Part shown: positions 24,331 through 38,828 of the stretch, piece after piece | Layout: every line of letters starts with the position of its first letter | Position numbering within the stretch: the stretch's first letter is position 1 | Origin: Octopus sinensis | Taxonomy: Eukaryota | NCBI RefSeq assembly: GCF_006345805.1 | Contig: NC_042997.1 | Location: forward strand, 192,386,001 to 192,450,000 | DNA length: 64,000 bases | Reading direction: 5' to 3' | Notes under the pieces: model-generated | Databases searched by the model: none | What the model saw: only the letters and a program-made list of their open reading frames with translations | Told to the model about the DNA's origin: nothing | Program-made: the position numbers and the translations under genes

Positions 24331-26019
24331 CCTTCACCGGTTAATTTGAAGGAATGGACTGCTTGAAGCTCTATAATACTGTTGATTTCAAAGGAGTAAG
24401 TTTCACCATTTTAATTTGGTTTTGTAAAATCTGTTATAGCAGTTTAGTCAGTGACGAGCGTCTTCATCTTGATTAAATTAAAGAGAAAGTTGTTATATTT
24501 TACCATGTTAGTCAAATGAAAGCTGTTTAAACTTTCTTTTACAGTTGAAAAATCAAAGGCCTTTTTCTTTTTCTCAAAAGAAAAAAAAAATATTTTGTTT
24601 TAATACTTCAATTATTTTTGTTCGTGTATTTTCTCCTATTTCTGCGATGGTTTATTAGATGAGAAATCATGCAAGAAATAGAGATAATTCGATGTTAACG
24701 TATTCAGGCATGAAGATAGGATTACTACTTGCATGTGATGATGGGCTATCTGGAAATCTAATAAATATTATTCAGAGAAGACCTCTTGAAAGTAGTAATA
24801 GCAGAAGATACTCTAAGTATAGATTAGTCTGTTGTATTTTATTGCCTTCATATTTTTTTGCCTTCACTTTTAGATTTTTCCTGCCAATCATTACAATTTT
24901 AGATGAAAACTTTGAAGGATCTAAATAATTTAAAATATAATAATAATAGTAATAAACAATGATTTCGTTGCTTTTCCAGTATCAATATTCCAATACACTT
25001 GGTGTTTAATGTGTTGGCATTCTTTGAAGTAACACCTGTACAACAGTCTCTTTTGATGTGTGCATTCCTTAAAGTTTGAGGGGAAAGTTGCTGACATTTA
25101 AAAAAATAATTTATTGGAAATTTTTTTTTTATTAATTTAACTGATAATTGTGGAATCTTCAATATTCATTTATAGAAAGAACTGTGATAGAAAAGTCAGT
25201 GTATTTCGAATTTTATATTCTTAAATTAATTTGAATTTAATTTTTGTAGAATTTTATATATTGACCTTCGGTGTTGCTTGGCATGAGTAGTTCTTTGAAA
25301 AATTCACATGTAGAATATTAGATAAAATATATTCCTTCGTTAGGAATATATTGTCTGGAAGATACATTTGGCAACTTCCATCATGATTAAATATTGAATA
25401 GGTTCGGAAGAATTAGAGAGGGCAAACAGATGAGGTCAAATGGAAGAGTTTTAATTTATTTATTTTAACATATTCTAATTCAATAAATTGACTTTGAGCC
25501 AGTTATTATAGTATATTTTTTATTAATGAAGTGTAATGACTTCCTGCAGAAACCCAGATACACAAGCAAGAGGTCATTGACAGCTATGTTACGTGGTAAA
25601 ATCATGTTGCAAAGGTTAGGCTGAACTGAATGAGAAAATACAATTTGTAGAATTGTTTTTTCATGAGTTCTGAAGTAAAGGCTTGCCAGTTAAACTATTT
25701 TTGTTTTGATGTGTATTTGATTCTTCTTTTATCATGTTTTTTTTGGGTTTTTTTTATTATATTTTTGTGGTTTGTGGAATCATGCTTATTGTATAATGAG
25801 TCTTCAAGCTTCATAATGCATTGTTGAAATTAGCTTTTGATTAGTTTGTGTGTGTGCATGCATGTCACTGTGTATGTGCATATCTGAGTGGGTCTCAGTC
25901 AGTTTGTGTGTGTGTACGTTAGAATGTGTGTTGGTCTGTGTTCATGTAGATGTGTGTGTGTGCATCATTGTCAGTCTGTTCATGTGTGAGTCTCTGTGTG
26001 TCTACATATTTGTATATCA

Positions 26020-26295
26020 TTGCCAGTATCGCTGGACTGGCTCCTGTGCAGGTGGCACATAAAAAGCACCATTTGAGTGTGGTCGTTGCCAGTACCACCT
26101 AACTTGCCCTCATGCCGGTGGCACGTAAAAGCACCCACTACACTCTCGGAGTGGTTGGCATTAGGAAAGGCATCCAGCTTTAGAAACTCTGCCAGATCAG
26201 ATTGGAGTCTGGTGCAGCCATCTGGTTCACCAGACCTCAGTCAAATCGTCCAACCCATGCTAGCATGGAAAGTGGATGTTAGACGATGATGATGT
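26020..26295 (+). mobile_element. Family-C element
   Basis: Same body and (GAT)n tail as 2636-2999. Confidence 0.85.
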
Positions 26296-26537
26296 TGATA
26301 TGTCTAGATGTGTATGCATACAAGTGTCTACATATTAATGTTTTGCATGTTGTTGGTGTGTGAGAGAGTCAGAGATAGAAGAAGCAAACCTTAAGAAGGC
26401 TTCACCCTTTTGATATCAACCCACCTGATTATCTGATTCAAACTTTAAAACTTTTCATCACCATTAATTAATGCTTGTGCCATTAATTAATGAAATTTTG
26501 AAGTGATTTTTATTAAATTCATTATTTTAAAAATTAG

Positions 26538-26878
26538 AAGGCATGGCTGTATGATTAAGAAGTTTGCTTCCCAACCACATGGTTCCAAGTTCAGTCCCAC
26601 TGTGTGGCACCTTGGGCAAGTGTCTTCTACATCCTCAGGCTGACCAGTCTTATTAGTGGATTTGGTAGATAGAAATGGAATTGTTCAAGAGCAATTTAAT
26701 TACATTGGAACAAATCAACCTCAGGACTTATTCTTTGTAAGCCTTGTACTTATTCTATCAGCCTCTTTTGCTTTGGTTGGCTTGAAACACTTGCCTAAGG
26801 TGCCATGCAGTGAGACTGAACCCAGGACCATGTGGTTGGTAAGCAAACTCCTTACCACACACACACTCCTGCACCTAT
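26538..26878. mobile_element. Two partial family-A SINEs in opposite orientation (26538-26670 +, 26690-26878 -)
   Basis: Match to family-A head and body motifs. Confidence 0.75.
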
Positions 26879-26989
26879 GATTTGACTAAATTATTTTGCT
26901 ATTTTAAGGATTAATTTTGTCACTGTAAAAAGAGGGCTTAAGGTGTGGGCTAGGTGCCCTATTGACAGGCTGGTGATATTGGTGTTATT

Positions 26990-27203
26990 TAGCCAGTGCA
27001 GCCTGACTGGCTCCTGTGCTGGTGTCACGTAAAAAGCACCCACTACACTCTTGGAGTGGTTGGCATTAGGAAGGTCATCCAGCTGTAGAAACCTTGCGAG
27101 ATCAGATTGGGGCCTGGTGCAGCCTCCTGGCTTGACAGTCCTCAGTCAAACTGCCCAACCCATACCAGCAAGGAAAGCAAACATTAAACGATGATGATGG
27201 TGA
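26990..27203 (+). mobile_element. Family-C element
   Basis: Same body and tail. Confidence 0.8.
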
Positions 27204-27678
27204 TTTAATATCTTAGAGTATGCAGATTAGTAGCTCCAGTTCTCTGTAGCTATTAGATTTGTGGTATTTAGCAAACGGATTGGCTATTTGTTTCTTCAGT
27301 ATTGGTCAAGTGATGTAGATACTTCTGATGGTAACCCCAATAAGGGTTGGGTTGAAAATTGATTAGAGCTGTTCATAGTTTTTTTTTCTGCTTTCTGGAG
27401 AAATAGGCCAATTTGATATGGTTGTATATTTACTACATAAATTTACTAACAAATGTTGCATAGATTTACATATTTATGTTGGCATTTCAGTCACTTGCCA
27501 TCATCTGAGGGAAATGGTAATACAAGGCTTAGCATTCCTTTTTGACATTTTGACTGGCTGCTCTTTACTCTTGAAGGCCAATTGAATAAAAAGCAATCCC
27601 TTAATTGAAGTCCCCATCCATGCTAGGCTAGTCTGGAAAAATAGATGTTAAACAAATGTGTGTACATAAACAATTCTC

Positions 27679-27888
27679 TTAACCTTTTAGCATCCAGATG
27701 ACTTTGTGAAATGTGATGCTTTTGTATCCATGGTTTTGAATTAATCATGCATTGTTTCAAGATTTTGTGATTGTATACTTTTAGAATGACATTGCAGGAT
27801 AGGTATGAGAGGCTGGATTTGGTTGGTTTAAATATAAGACTGACAGAATATTTGGGCTGGATATGGCTGGTTTAAACGTTAGAGTTAG
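27679..27888 (-). mobile_element. piggyBac-type MITE (same family as 17879-18104)
   Basis: ttaaccttttagcat...aacgttagagtta; the interior is the reverse complement of 17879-18104. A further copy lies at 41333-41542. Confidence 0.75.
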
Positions 27889-28861
27889 TGTGTTTTATTC
27901 CAGATGTTTCTTCTTTTGTCAATATTACCTGAGTGTTGACACCTGCTTTGACTGACGATCATGAAAATGATCCATGTTTTATTCTCCTTCTATAAACCAC
28001 TTGAGGAATGTAATTGGCCATTAGAGTAAGGACATGTAACTGAGACTGCTGTATTATATAACTTGCATCAGTTTCAACTGATCCATTCAATGAACAGATG
28101 GCAAAGACACTTTAGTTTCAGACACTAAATACAGACTAGACTGTAAAGGGTTCAACTTGATAACAAGTGCCCCAATATAGCTCACATAGAGCATTGTCTG
28201 GATTATGTGAAAATAATCTCTCGGAGATTAGCTGTGCTGTCTTGATTGATTGATTTAGATACACATTGATAGAAGGAAAGTGTTGAAACTGGATCTAAAA
28301 TAGTCCTTCAGATGTCAAAAGTGTTGATATACTGGCTGTATGTATTGATATACACATTTACAGAAAGGCTGTTAATCTACAAATTGTCCTGTGCTGACAG
28401 TTGGTCCAACTTCAAATATTTATTTTGTTAAATTGCTGTTTTAGATAAGAGGCTTTTATTGTCATAGGCAATAAGACGTGTTCCAACAGCAATTCAATGG
28501 CTGCCTGCATGTGAATAATATGCATGTGCACACATGTATGCAAATGTATTCATGCATGCACAAGCAAGCCGTGACTCAGTATATTGAGTCCAAAGCATGT
28601 CAGTAGCGGAGGAATAGTTCATGTTATAGGTTTATAAGTTGGGTATCGGAAGTCATAAAAATTATACATGATATAATTATCAATGATTTACTTGCACTTC
28701 AGTAATGTAATTAAGTTCATAAAATCTCTTAATATTTGGAGTTTGAATATCATTTAAAGCTGGGTTTGTTTCTATCAGTCTACAATATTTGTCAACATTA
28801 ACCAGATTACTCAATCTCACCATATTGGATGGTAGTTATTCTTACTGATTGAGCCAGAAAT

Positions 28862-29435
28862 GGTGTAGCTGTGTGGTAAGATGTTTTCTTCCCAGCCTCA
28901 TGATTTCAAGCTCAGCCCTACTGCATGGTACCTTGGCCAAATGCCTTCTATAGTCCTGGGCTGACCAAAGCCTTGCGAGTGGATTTGGTAGATGGAAACT
29001 GAAAGAAACCCATCATGTGCGTGTGATTGTGTATGTGTGTTTTACTGTGTTTTCTTTCCTTGATTCTGCGTGATAGTTTTAAAATGAATTCCCTTCATTT
29101 CCAGTCTTCTGTGAAAACCTGTCTGGTCATGGGGAAATATTACCTTACTCAGAAACAGGTGAGGGTTGATTACAGGAAGGGTATCTGGCTTTAGAAAATC
29201 CACCTCAACAAATTTTGTCTGACTCATATAATCATTGAAAAGTGGATGTAAAAATGATGCTGGTGATAATAAAATGACATTCTATGTTTGGCACCTGGTG
29301 TTGGTTTGTTTGTGTCCCTGTAACCAGTGGTTTAGACTGACTTAAGTATCTGACTTAAAATTGGGGTTCATCTGATTGACTATAAACCTTTCAAGGCAAT
29401 GACCCAATATGGCCACAGTCTGCAACAGAAATGAG
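28862..29435 (+). mobile_element. Diverged family-A SINE with a (GAT)n-tailed element inserted at 29060-29275
   Basis: Head at 28862 and 3' half at 29288-29435; the insert ends gatgtaaaaatgatgctggtgat. Confidence 0.7.
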
Positions 29436-31949
29436 TAAAGAATATACTTTTATTCTTACCCTCTTTTGTCAGCAAACAGTTTTGCTTTCGCTCATCATCA
29501 TCACTGTCTTACATCTGCTTTTCCATGCTAGCATGGGTTGAATTGGTTCTCTGACAGTAAGGGTATCTCCATCTATAAAATCCTGCCTCACAGCGTACCA
29601 TCTCTAAAACTAGCATTTAAAATTGTAAAGGGAAAAATTAAGTGTCATTGAGGTATTTTTCAATTGCCTCAGCAATACCTTGCAGTATTTGTTCAAGCTT
29701 TCTGTGTTTAAATCCCACTGAGTTTGGCTCTGGTTTTTGGGGGCTTGGTAAATTATTTCGGAGTTGAGAAAGCATCAGAACAAAGCGGTGATGTGATGGA
29801 ATTGTGGGAGTAACAAAAGAAATACTTTGCAGTGTCTGTATTAGTCTTTGCCTTCTGAGTTCAAATTTTGCCTATTATCACCAGTATACACTTGGCAGGA
29901 AATGTGGTCTTTGGGACCTGTTTATGTGTGATGTGACTCCAAACATCTAGTAGTGATGTGTTGTTTGGAGCAACATCTGGATCACATTAATATGCACAAA
30001 TACACAATTCTAACCTTGCATTACAAGCAGAATTAAATATCAGAACAGAAAACATTATACGCTTATTATGCCATTTTGAAATATTTTTATCATTTCATGT
30101 CAGAGATGAAGAGTTACTAATATACACGTGCTGAGGCTTAAAATGATTTGTGAGGCAATTGGGAATTACATTGTTTAAATAATGTATATGTAATGTTTAG
30201 TGAGCAATCATTTTTTAGTGCTGCTATTTTTCAATATTTATCTGTTATTACTATTTCAGCTTTCAATCTGATTATATTTATTAAATGACAATGTACAAAA
30301 CCAGACTACAGAAAGAAAATTAAAAAAGAAAAAAATATTGTTAATGTATTTATATATTTACCAGCAGTTTGGTAATTAGCTACATAAGGATTAACTACCT
30401 TCTAGTTTCACTAAATACATTTACAAGCCGATGAGGGAGCCTATACCTGCTAGAAATAGCAGCCAAATTTTCCTCAGATTACACTCTGAACTAAGTAGTC
30501 TAGATATTGAGAAAAATATGTGATAATTATGGCTGGTGTGTCCTTGATAACAGACCTATTCAATCGGAGCTGATCTGAGGCCAAGCAGCAACAATTAAAC
30601 ACATTCAATCACTAACTTTACCTTCAATACTTTTTAAGTAAGTTTACAGAATATGCATGTAATGTTGCTTTAAAAAATGGTTTCTCTAGCTGTCCTCTGT
30701 ACAAGTTGTGTTAAACAGCAGAGCATATTTGTTTTCTTAGATGTCATCCGTAGTTTTAATAACCCTACTTCTATTGACTTTGAAGTAGCTGGGCAGTTTG
30801 CTAACTTTCAGATGCATACATTTTCATCTACACACATCAATATTTTTCTCACATGCGCTGCCTGCCGTCTCTCCTCAATAATATGTAATCAATAGTCTGA
30901 CTTGGCCATGTTTATAGACGGTCTAAAGCTTTTATCTAGTCATTTTTTATTGTTTTTATTATCATGAAATAGATATTAAAAAAAAAGCATGATTTTTGCC
31001 TGTGCGTATGTGCATGTGTATAGACTATCATTTCTGTATCTTCTGTACACATTTAAACAGAGTATTGATGAGTTACATTAATTGCTGGCTTCATATTTCA
31101 TTTGTTTCGCTTACATGGCTTCGTCTTTTTCTTCTTTCTCTCTTTTTTTTTATTATTTGCATTACCCTACATGGATTGGGTATGATTTTTCTAACAAGCA
31201 ACATGTCTTGGCCAGTGAACAAGACATTGAATTAATCAAATAGAATGCTTTTCAAAACTGGCAATTCTGAAACAAGAGAACACATACATGCATGTACATG
31301 TATGCATGGATGGCCATGCTCCATAATCTTATGGACAATTTTGAAAATTGATTAAAAAGAAACTTCAAATGTACAACAAACGCATCTTTGAACATGTTTG
31401 TATGATATTGTTTAATGTCCATATCATGCACACATACAGACACGCATAAATGCACATGTATACATGCACTCACACACACACACACTAATGTTAAGTTTAA
31501 TGTAGGTAGCATTTAAATATATATTAACACTAACTTAAAACTTGTCAGCTATATCAATTGTAAGTAGAAAATAAACTGAAAGAAAATAGGGTTTGAATCA
31601 GGTGAATACTATCAAAGTTTGTTAAAAACTACTACAATAGATGATAGAAATAGCTGAGTGCCGGATAAATTTATGTTTTAGTTATGTTATTTTTACATCC
31701 TCTTTTCAAGTAGAGCATTTCATTACTTGTTGCAGCCCCTTGTCTAAGTGGAATTCTGCCCCCTGAGCTCAGCCTTTGTTACTTCTTGTGTTTTTTTCAG
31801 TCTTCCTATTCCACACACTAGCACTTTATTCAACTTTCCTCATCTATAAATATGTATTTATACTTGATATTTGTTCCTTGCCTGACAATTTCTTTTAGCT
31901 TTTCTCTGCTTGTTGTTTAACTTTTATGACATCCTCACCTTAACATTTT

Positions 31950-32395
31950 ATCCCCTTGTTACGTTCCATCTGGCTGAAACCTTACTCCATCCTCAGATCT
32001 AGCCTGTAACTTGCTGAAGGTCTGGTAGAAACTACCAATTCTCTGTTTTGTAGGTCGCTATAATCTCCTTACTTTCCAACATATCACTTAAAACTTCATC
32101 CAACCTACCAACAGGCAGGGGGATCATTCAACTGCAATACTCTCCTTTCTTCAGATTGTCTTGTGTCTCTGGGTCCATCTAGCTCTAGATTTGAGGCCAG
32201 TAATCCTGTTATATGATACATTCTTCATTAGGGAAAGGATTCGTATTCACAACTAAACTCTTATGCTGTTTCTTGGCAAATATGAAGTCTATCTGTTTAT
32301 ATGTTCGCCTGATTGGTAGGTGATCAGATGGTTGGCTGGTTTCCTGAAGTTTGTTACAAATGGTTGGATCATTTGCATCACAAGAGAGGCTTGAT
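31950..32395 (-). mobile_element. RTE LINE endonuclease fragment
   Basis: TYKQIDFIFAKKQHKSLVVNTNPFPNEECII resembles the RTE APE segment TQIDYIL.RK...LV.N.KVIPGEEC. Confidence 0.7.
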
Positions 32396-32404
32396 TGGTA
32401 CTTG

Positions 32405-32705
32405 ATTGATTACAATGATGATGAGGGTTCCATTGATCCGATCAATGGAACAACATGCTTGTGAAATTAACGGGCAAGTGGCTGAGCACTCCACAGGCAT
32501 GAGTATTATTTATGTTTCTCAAGGAGACTGTGTGACACAATGTTACAAGGTTGGCTTTTTGAAATACAGGTACATCTTTTTGCCAGCTGAGTGGATTGGA
32601 GTGGTGTAAAATAAAGTGTCTTGCTCAAGGATACAGCGTGCCTCCAGAAATTATAACTTTGACTGTGAACCATATATTCTAACCACTGAGCCACGTGCCT
32701 TCACT
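32405..32705 (-). mobile_element. tRNA-derived SINE, family E
   Basis: Reverse complement of the family at 61429-61725 (ccttgagcaagacacttt, cactcagctggcaaaa, gatcaatggaaccctc). Confidence 0.75.
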
Positions 32706-32902
32706 CCATAAGAGGCTTAATCTTAGACTATCCTTAGTACCATAACCATAGACTCTATGTACATGGTAATAGCATCCTAATATTATTCAACATGCTCATT
32801 AAACAGTTCTATATTTAAGAGATGAGGAATTATGTGCATTATTTACATTTGATGGATATTTGTCCTCATCTTGTCAACAAACAAAATGAGGACAAATATC
32901 CG

Positions 32903-33295
32903 TCATCATCATCATCATTTAACGTCCGCTTTCCATGCTAGCATGGGTTGGACGATTTGACTGAGGTCTGGTGAACCAGATGGCTGCAACAGGCTCCAAT
33001 CTAGTCTGGCAGTTTCTACAGCTGGATGCCCTTCCTAACGCCAACCACTCCGAGAGTGTAGTGGGTGCTTTTACGTGCCACCGGTACAAGAGTCAGTCAG
33101 GCGGTACTGGCAACAGCCACGCTCAAATGGTGCTTTTTATGTGCTATCTGCACAGGAGCCGGTCCAGCAGCACTGGCAATGACCTCACTCGAATGTTTTT
33201 TCACGTACCACCAGCACAAGTGCCAGTAAGGCGATGCAGATAACGATCACGCTTGAATGGTACTTTTTACATGCCACCGGCATGGGAGCCAGTTT
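32903..33295 (-). mobile_element. Family-C element inserted into a palindrome
   Basis: (ATC)n tail at 32903; several subrepeats at 33065-33290. Confidence 0.85.
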
Positions 33296-34477
33296 GTTGA
33301 ATGTAAATAATGTATGCTCATTAAAGCTGCACTCTCTTATAGGAGGAGTTTGCAGGAGGACCTTTTGCTCATTTCAGCTTTGATTGGAATGTATATGTAG
33401 ACTTCACTGTTGCTGTCATGTTATGTATGACTAATTCAAACTTGAACGTTCTGTTACATATTCTACCCCATTTTATGTATATATTTCTCTGCCAACTGTA
33501 GGCATATTCCCTTCGCCCCCATTATATTTCCCACCCAGAAAAATTTATATCTAAATCAAGAATTTTCCTGAGGCTTACCTCTTGTACACAGTACACACAC
33601 TTTCATATTTTTACAATCTCTCCAGATCTACCTTTCATTGTGCCAGGGCATTGATCTGGGGTAATTTTGATGTTTTATTCCTGATTGGAAAGGGGTGTTT
33701 CCAGTGGTGGGTGGTTGGGCTGAGTTGCATGATGTTCATTTTCTTGCGTCTAAAAGAAAGAGATTTGGTAGTGCATTCATTTGACGACAATTGAGGGCTT
33801 GTGGCCTTTTGCCAAAGAAAGAAATCAATGTTTTTTTTTTCTTCTTTTCCATACAGGCAACTGCAAGATATATCTGTAAAATAGTTTCATTCAAGTTATC
33901 AGAATTGCTTCTACCCTCTGCCCCCCATCTCTCTTGTATCACCCTCTCTCTTTACCCTGCATTTCCTGTTTCTGTCCTGTTTTCCCTCTTTCATACATAC
34001 ACACACACACACACACACATATAATTATATATATATATAGTATGTAATGTATTTTGTACATTGTCTCTATTACTACTACTGCTAATATTCATAAGCAGTA
34101 TTGTACACTGTACCATGTGCAATTGTATGCTACATAAAACACTGTGCACCATGTATCTTGCATGTGCTCACTGCACATGCCAAATGCTATATGCATCATG
34201 CCACATACAATCACTTATCACCTACAGCAAGCACTGCTTGTATACACCACTTTGATTTGTATGCTGCACATACATACATACATGTGTAAATCTGAAAATA
34301 TACAAAATGTAAGGAAACAAAAATGTATACCACTTGGCATCCTCAAACCAATTCTCTAATTTAATACCCAGTCCATTTATTGATTAATGTTGTTCCCAGC
34401 CTACTAGGAGACTTGTGAAATCAGTTGATTCGCTAACATTAACAGCAAAATCCCTCTTAAATTATTTGCAACTGTTT

Positions 34478-34670
34478 CCTGGTGTGACTGTACAGTATGA
34501 AGTTTGCTTCCTGACCACGTTCTCTGATTCAGTCCCACTGCACAGCACCTTGGGCAAGTGTCTTCTATTATAACCCCAGGCTGACCAATGTTTTAGGAGT
34601 AGATTTGGTAGAAGAAAACTGAAAGAAACTCTGTGTGTATGTGCTAACACACACACACACACACACACAC
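34478..34670 (+). mobile_element. Family-A SINE 5' half
   Basis: gttc..gattcagtcccactg..ttgggcaagtgtcttcta..gatttggtagaagaaaactgaaagaa. Confidence 0.75.
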
Positions 34671-34924
34671 ATACTCACACTCAGTATTCCTTAGTGGACA
34701 TTAATATCAGGGAGATAATCATTTCTTCTTTATATTTCGCAGAATTAGAAGTTTGAACTTGAGATTATAGAATAAGGAAAAATATGCATAGAATTCATTT
34801 TTTCTTGTTGCTCTCTTATGAAGTTCTTAAGTGCCAATCAAGTCTTGCATTATTTCATTCTTTCTAGACATCTTGTGATGGTTATAAATAAATAACTTTA
34901 TTTGTAACAGTATGACGATGATGG

Positions 34925-35300
34925 TGATTGTTTCCAGTCTTCTATAATAAACATGTCTGGCTCTGGGGGAAATATTGTACTTGGAAACAAGTGAGAGTTG
35001 GTGACAGGAAGGGCATCCAGGCCATAGAAAATTTGCCTCAACAAATCCCGTTTGGGTCATGCAAGCACAGAAAGGGGGGATTGTTAAATGATCATCATTA
35101 TCGTCATCGTTTAACGTCTGCTTTCCATGCTAGCATGGGTTAGACAATTTGACTGAGGATTGGTGAACCAGATGGCTGCACCAGGCTCCAATCTTGATCT
35201 GCCAGAGTTTCTACTGCTGGATGCCCTTCCTAATGCCAACCACTCCGAGAGTGTAGTGAGTGCACGAGGGCCAGTCAGGTGGTACTGGCAACGGCCACGA
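34925..35300. mobile_element. Two family-C-related elements joined tail-to-tail (34925-35090 +, 35095-35300 -)
   Basis: Junction gttaaatgat|catcattatcgtcatcgtttaacgtc. Other partial copies at ~620-860, 5660-5965, 5990-6135 (-), 12940-13085 and 39790-39990 (-). Confidence 0.75.
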
Positions 35301-35759
35301 TGTTGTCAGTATTTTTTGTCTCATATTTCTCACAAAGCTATTGATTTGAAGAACCAAAAGGGTGTTGTAAATGGCATTGTCTTTCTTTAATCCATGAAAC
35401 TGTTTCTCTGTAAGCCTCCTTTCTCTGACCAAAATCACTTAAGTTACTTCCTTTGATTTAGTTGGTGTCAAAAATCCATTTATTTTCTTCCTCATGCTAA
35501 ATCTTTGAATGAACTTTCTCTAGTGCTAAATTCCTTTCCCAATATGTTACTCATTTTTCTCCCTAAATATTCTGTGTGGGAGCATTTAAGTTTTGTATTA
35601 ACTTTTGACATTAAGAACAAAAACAAAAAAATTCAGACTTAGGAAAGTTTGTGACGAAGCACACAGGTTAGGAAGCAAATGAAATTCTAAATGATGTAAG
35701 GAATATCTGACTTATCTTCATCTGATTTTTAGTTGCAAATATTTGCTACAATTTACAAT

Positions 35760-35792
<33 letters not shown>

Positions 35793-38552
35793 TTTTTAAG
35801 GATAGAATGTTTTCATATCTTTTTTTATCAAAGCATTGACAGATCTGCAACCATAAATTTTTCTGATTTTTATTCACTTAAAAAAAAAGATGCCATTTCT
35901 AACAGCCTGCCATTTTCAGTATATTGCGTGTTATCTACTGAAATCTGTTAAAGCAGTGAGCAGAATTTCCATAAGTGCTTTTATATAATGGCCTCTAAGA
36001 AATTTTTCAAGGTGGAATAAGACTGTTCTCAGTAGGGGTGGCAAGTTCTCTCAAAATTCAAAGGAGCTTGAAGGTTTTTTCCCCTTTTTTTTTCCATAAG
36101 AAGGGGGGATGTTATCAAATATTCACTAGTTCCTCCTTGGCTCTCTCAGCTCTGGATTGACAAACCAGCTGAACTTTGCTCTTAAAGGCCTTGCCTTACA
36201 TCTTTTCATTTCTTGTTATAATGTATTACTTTTTGGATATTATCATCTAAATAGCATTGTTTACCAATGACACTAACATTATTAGGCTAAGGCAACATAT
36301 TGGTTAGAACTATTTGATAAACTTCTTTTGTATACTTTCATGATTCAATAAAGCTTTTAACTATAAATTATATGATGATTTGCATTTTTGTTCTTGCATA
36401 TATCTTCTGGCAAATTTGAATATGAATATGCTAATCACTTGTTTTGCCGCAACAACCATTTTTTTTTTTTACATTGAATGTATGTTCATAATGTGCTCAA
36501 TTCATTCAGACAAGGGGTTCTGGGTCAGTTGGTGTTTCAACATTGCTGTCTCTCATCAGCCAAACTAAGAAATCTAACAAGAGTTTGAAACCTTGGGTTG
36601 TACACATCAGTAAACAAATTGTTTGCTGGTGTGTGCTGATGTCTGCCCACCAGTAATAAATCATCATATTCATGGTGGGCAGTGAGAATCTAAACAACTT
36701 GCTTGTTTATTATTCATATGGTCTGGAAAATTCAATACGATAAATTGTATCATTGATTGGTCAACACCTAACACTCTTTTTTAGTCTCATCACATCACTC
36801 TTATTCTTCTTGTATCATTGAGAATCTTCATTATTCTTTGTAGTTACTTGTTAGGCCTCTATGAAGAATTCTTTTGTTTTCACATCTACCTCACCTCTAA
36901 TCTGCTTTAACGCTTGTTGCTTGATTGTTCTTCACTGCTATAACAGGCGTAACTTCAATCATCACTCTGTCTAGTATCACCTCTTAGCACCATTGGTGCC
37001 TTAGCGAAGCCAACTCTGTTGTAAGCATTTAAATCAATTTCTGATCTGAGGATTATTTCCTCTCTTCCTTCCACAAGTGATTGGAGGCCCTGAAAAGTGG
37101 CCTTAGGAGTTGTCTTTCTTCCTCTAATCAACCCATTAAAAATGTAGACATGTTGCTATATGTCTTGTAATGTACAGTTGATTACAACAGCCAGAGTACT
37201 CAGTTAATAAGGCGAGGTTAGAAGTCGGAATGTAACACAATGCAGCCAAATACCACAAAGCATTTTGTTTGTCATCCTACTAATTTTGCTACTTAATAGA
37301 TTGTTTATTACAAAACCAGGTATGCTTCCTTTCCGTAAACATTCACACACAACTACTGCTGCTGCACATTTGTACAGAGCTACTCTGTCAGTGCTCATCC
37401 ACTTGTATACAAAGATTGTAATCTCTATAAAAATCAACGCACTGATGTACATGCATAAACACACACTTCCTCTCTCTCCCTCCCCCCCTCTCTCACACAC
37501 GCTAAAATGGAGATAACCTAGCAAGTTCTTCAAGTTGCATTGGGTGAGGTTCTGATCTTTGTAGAAAGGCAGGAATAACACTGAAGTTAGTAGAAACAGG
37601 AATACATTATAGCAAGGGTGGTAGAATATCTAATTTAGCCAAAGATTAACTCATTTTTGGGGCAGTGTGTAATTGATCGAATTAGAATATATACTAGACA
37701 GGTCCTTAGCAAACCTAGATAGATGAAAAAGTAAAATTGTACTGTGTAGAATTTGAACCTAGCATTCAGACTGTCAGACCAGATGCTTCATGATATTAAT
37801 TCTAGTTCTTTGCATTCTAAGTTCAAATCCAGCTATGATCTTCTTGAGTAATAGGTTTGATCCATTGGTTAGCTTAACACCACTACACAGTACCTTTGGG
37901 GCTTTTAGCAGAGTTCATTCTGCTGCAAGCATTTGGGTGAGAATTCTCATTTGATGATACCTTCTTCCCACCAATCTTGGAAGCCATGTGAAGGGTCACG
38001 GACATTGCTTTTCCTCTATAAGGTAAAGAAATTTTTTAAAAAAGACCAAAGATCTGGTCTGAAAACTTTCCACAGTGTGGTGTATGAGAAGTTTTGGTAC
38101 AGCTGTTTTGGCACTGCCTGGGATTACTGATTCAATGTTGACTTATTTGACATCAGACATTTTAGTGCTTCTTTTATTTTCTGTTCCTCTTTCTCTCACT
38201 CTGTTTGCATCTGTATATTACTTTGTGTGTGTTTACCTCTAAGTGCTAAAAAGTACTGTCAACAAGACAGATTGAATGTCCAGTCAGTTAGCCAAATTAT
38301 CAGTGCCCAAACAGCTGCATCAAATCATCTTATTCTGACCCAAATGGCCAGTTGGTTGTGTTCAACTGGACAATCAAGAACTGATGTAATTGATCCACTG
38401 TATTCTGTACAGTTTCTCTCTACTCAGTTTTACTCCTGGCTTTGGTTGACTAACCTGAGGCTTTAGTAGATAACACTTACAGTGCTGTGCAGTAAGATCG
38501 AAACCTTGATTCTGTGATTAGGAAACCAACTTCTTAACCTCGTAGTCATAAC

Positions 38553-38828
38553 CAAGGCTGTGGAGTCGAAACAAAAAACTTTGACTCTGACTCTTCTACT
38601 ATTGGCACCACTGACTCCAACTCCTCTTTATGTAATAAAGCGATTGTGATCTACATATCTCATAAAGCATATGCCTACGCTTGTACTCTGAGTAGGCCTA
38701 TATGTTATAACTGGTTTATATTAAAGAATAAAGATGTTGGAGTGGGAATCAGTTAATATAGTTTTACCAACTCCGACTCCAGCTACCACTTAATTGTTTG
38801 ACTCTGACACTCCAACTCCACAGCCTTA
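38553..38828. mobile_element. hAT MITE with GACTCC subrepeats and 8-bp TSD
   Basis: TIRs caaggctgtggagt / actccacagcctta; TSD gtcataac/gtcatatc; inserted in a family-A SINE head. Confidence 0.8.

Noticed and set aside
37205-37319. Hydrophobic stretch ILFVILLILLLNRLFITKP ending at a strong donor CAG|gtatgc
   Set aside because: Phase-1 donor is incompatible with the CerS exon, and there are stops just upstream; it could be a UTR exon but is unsupported.
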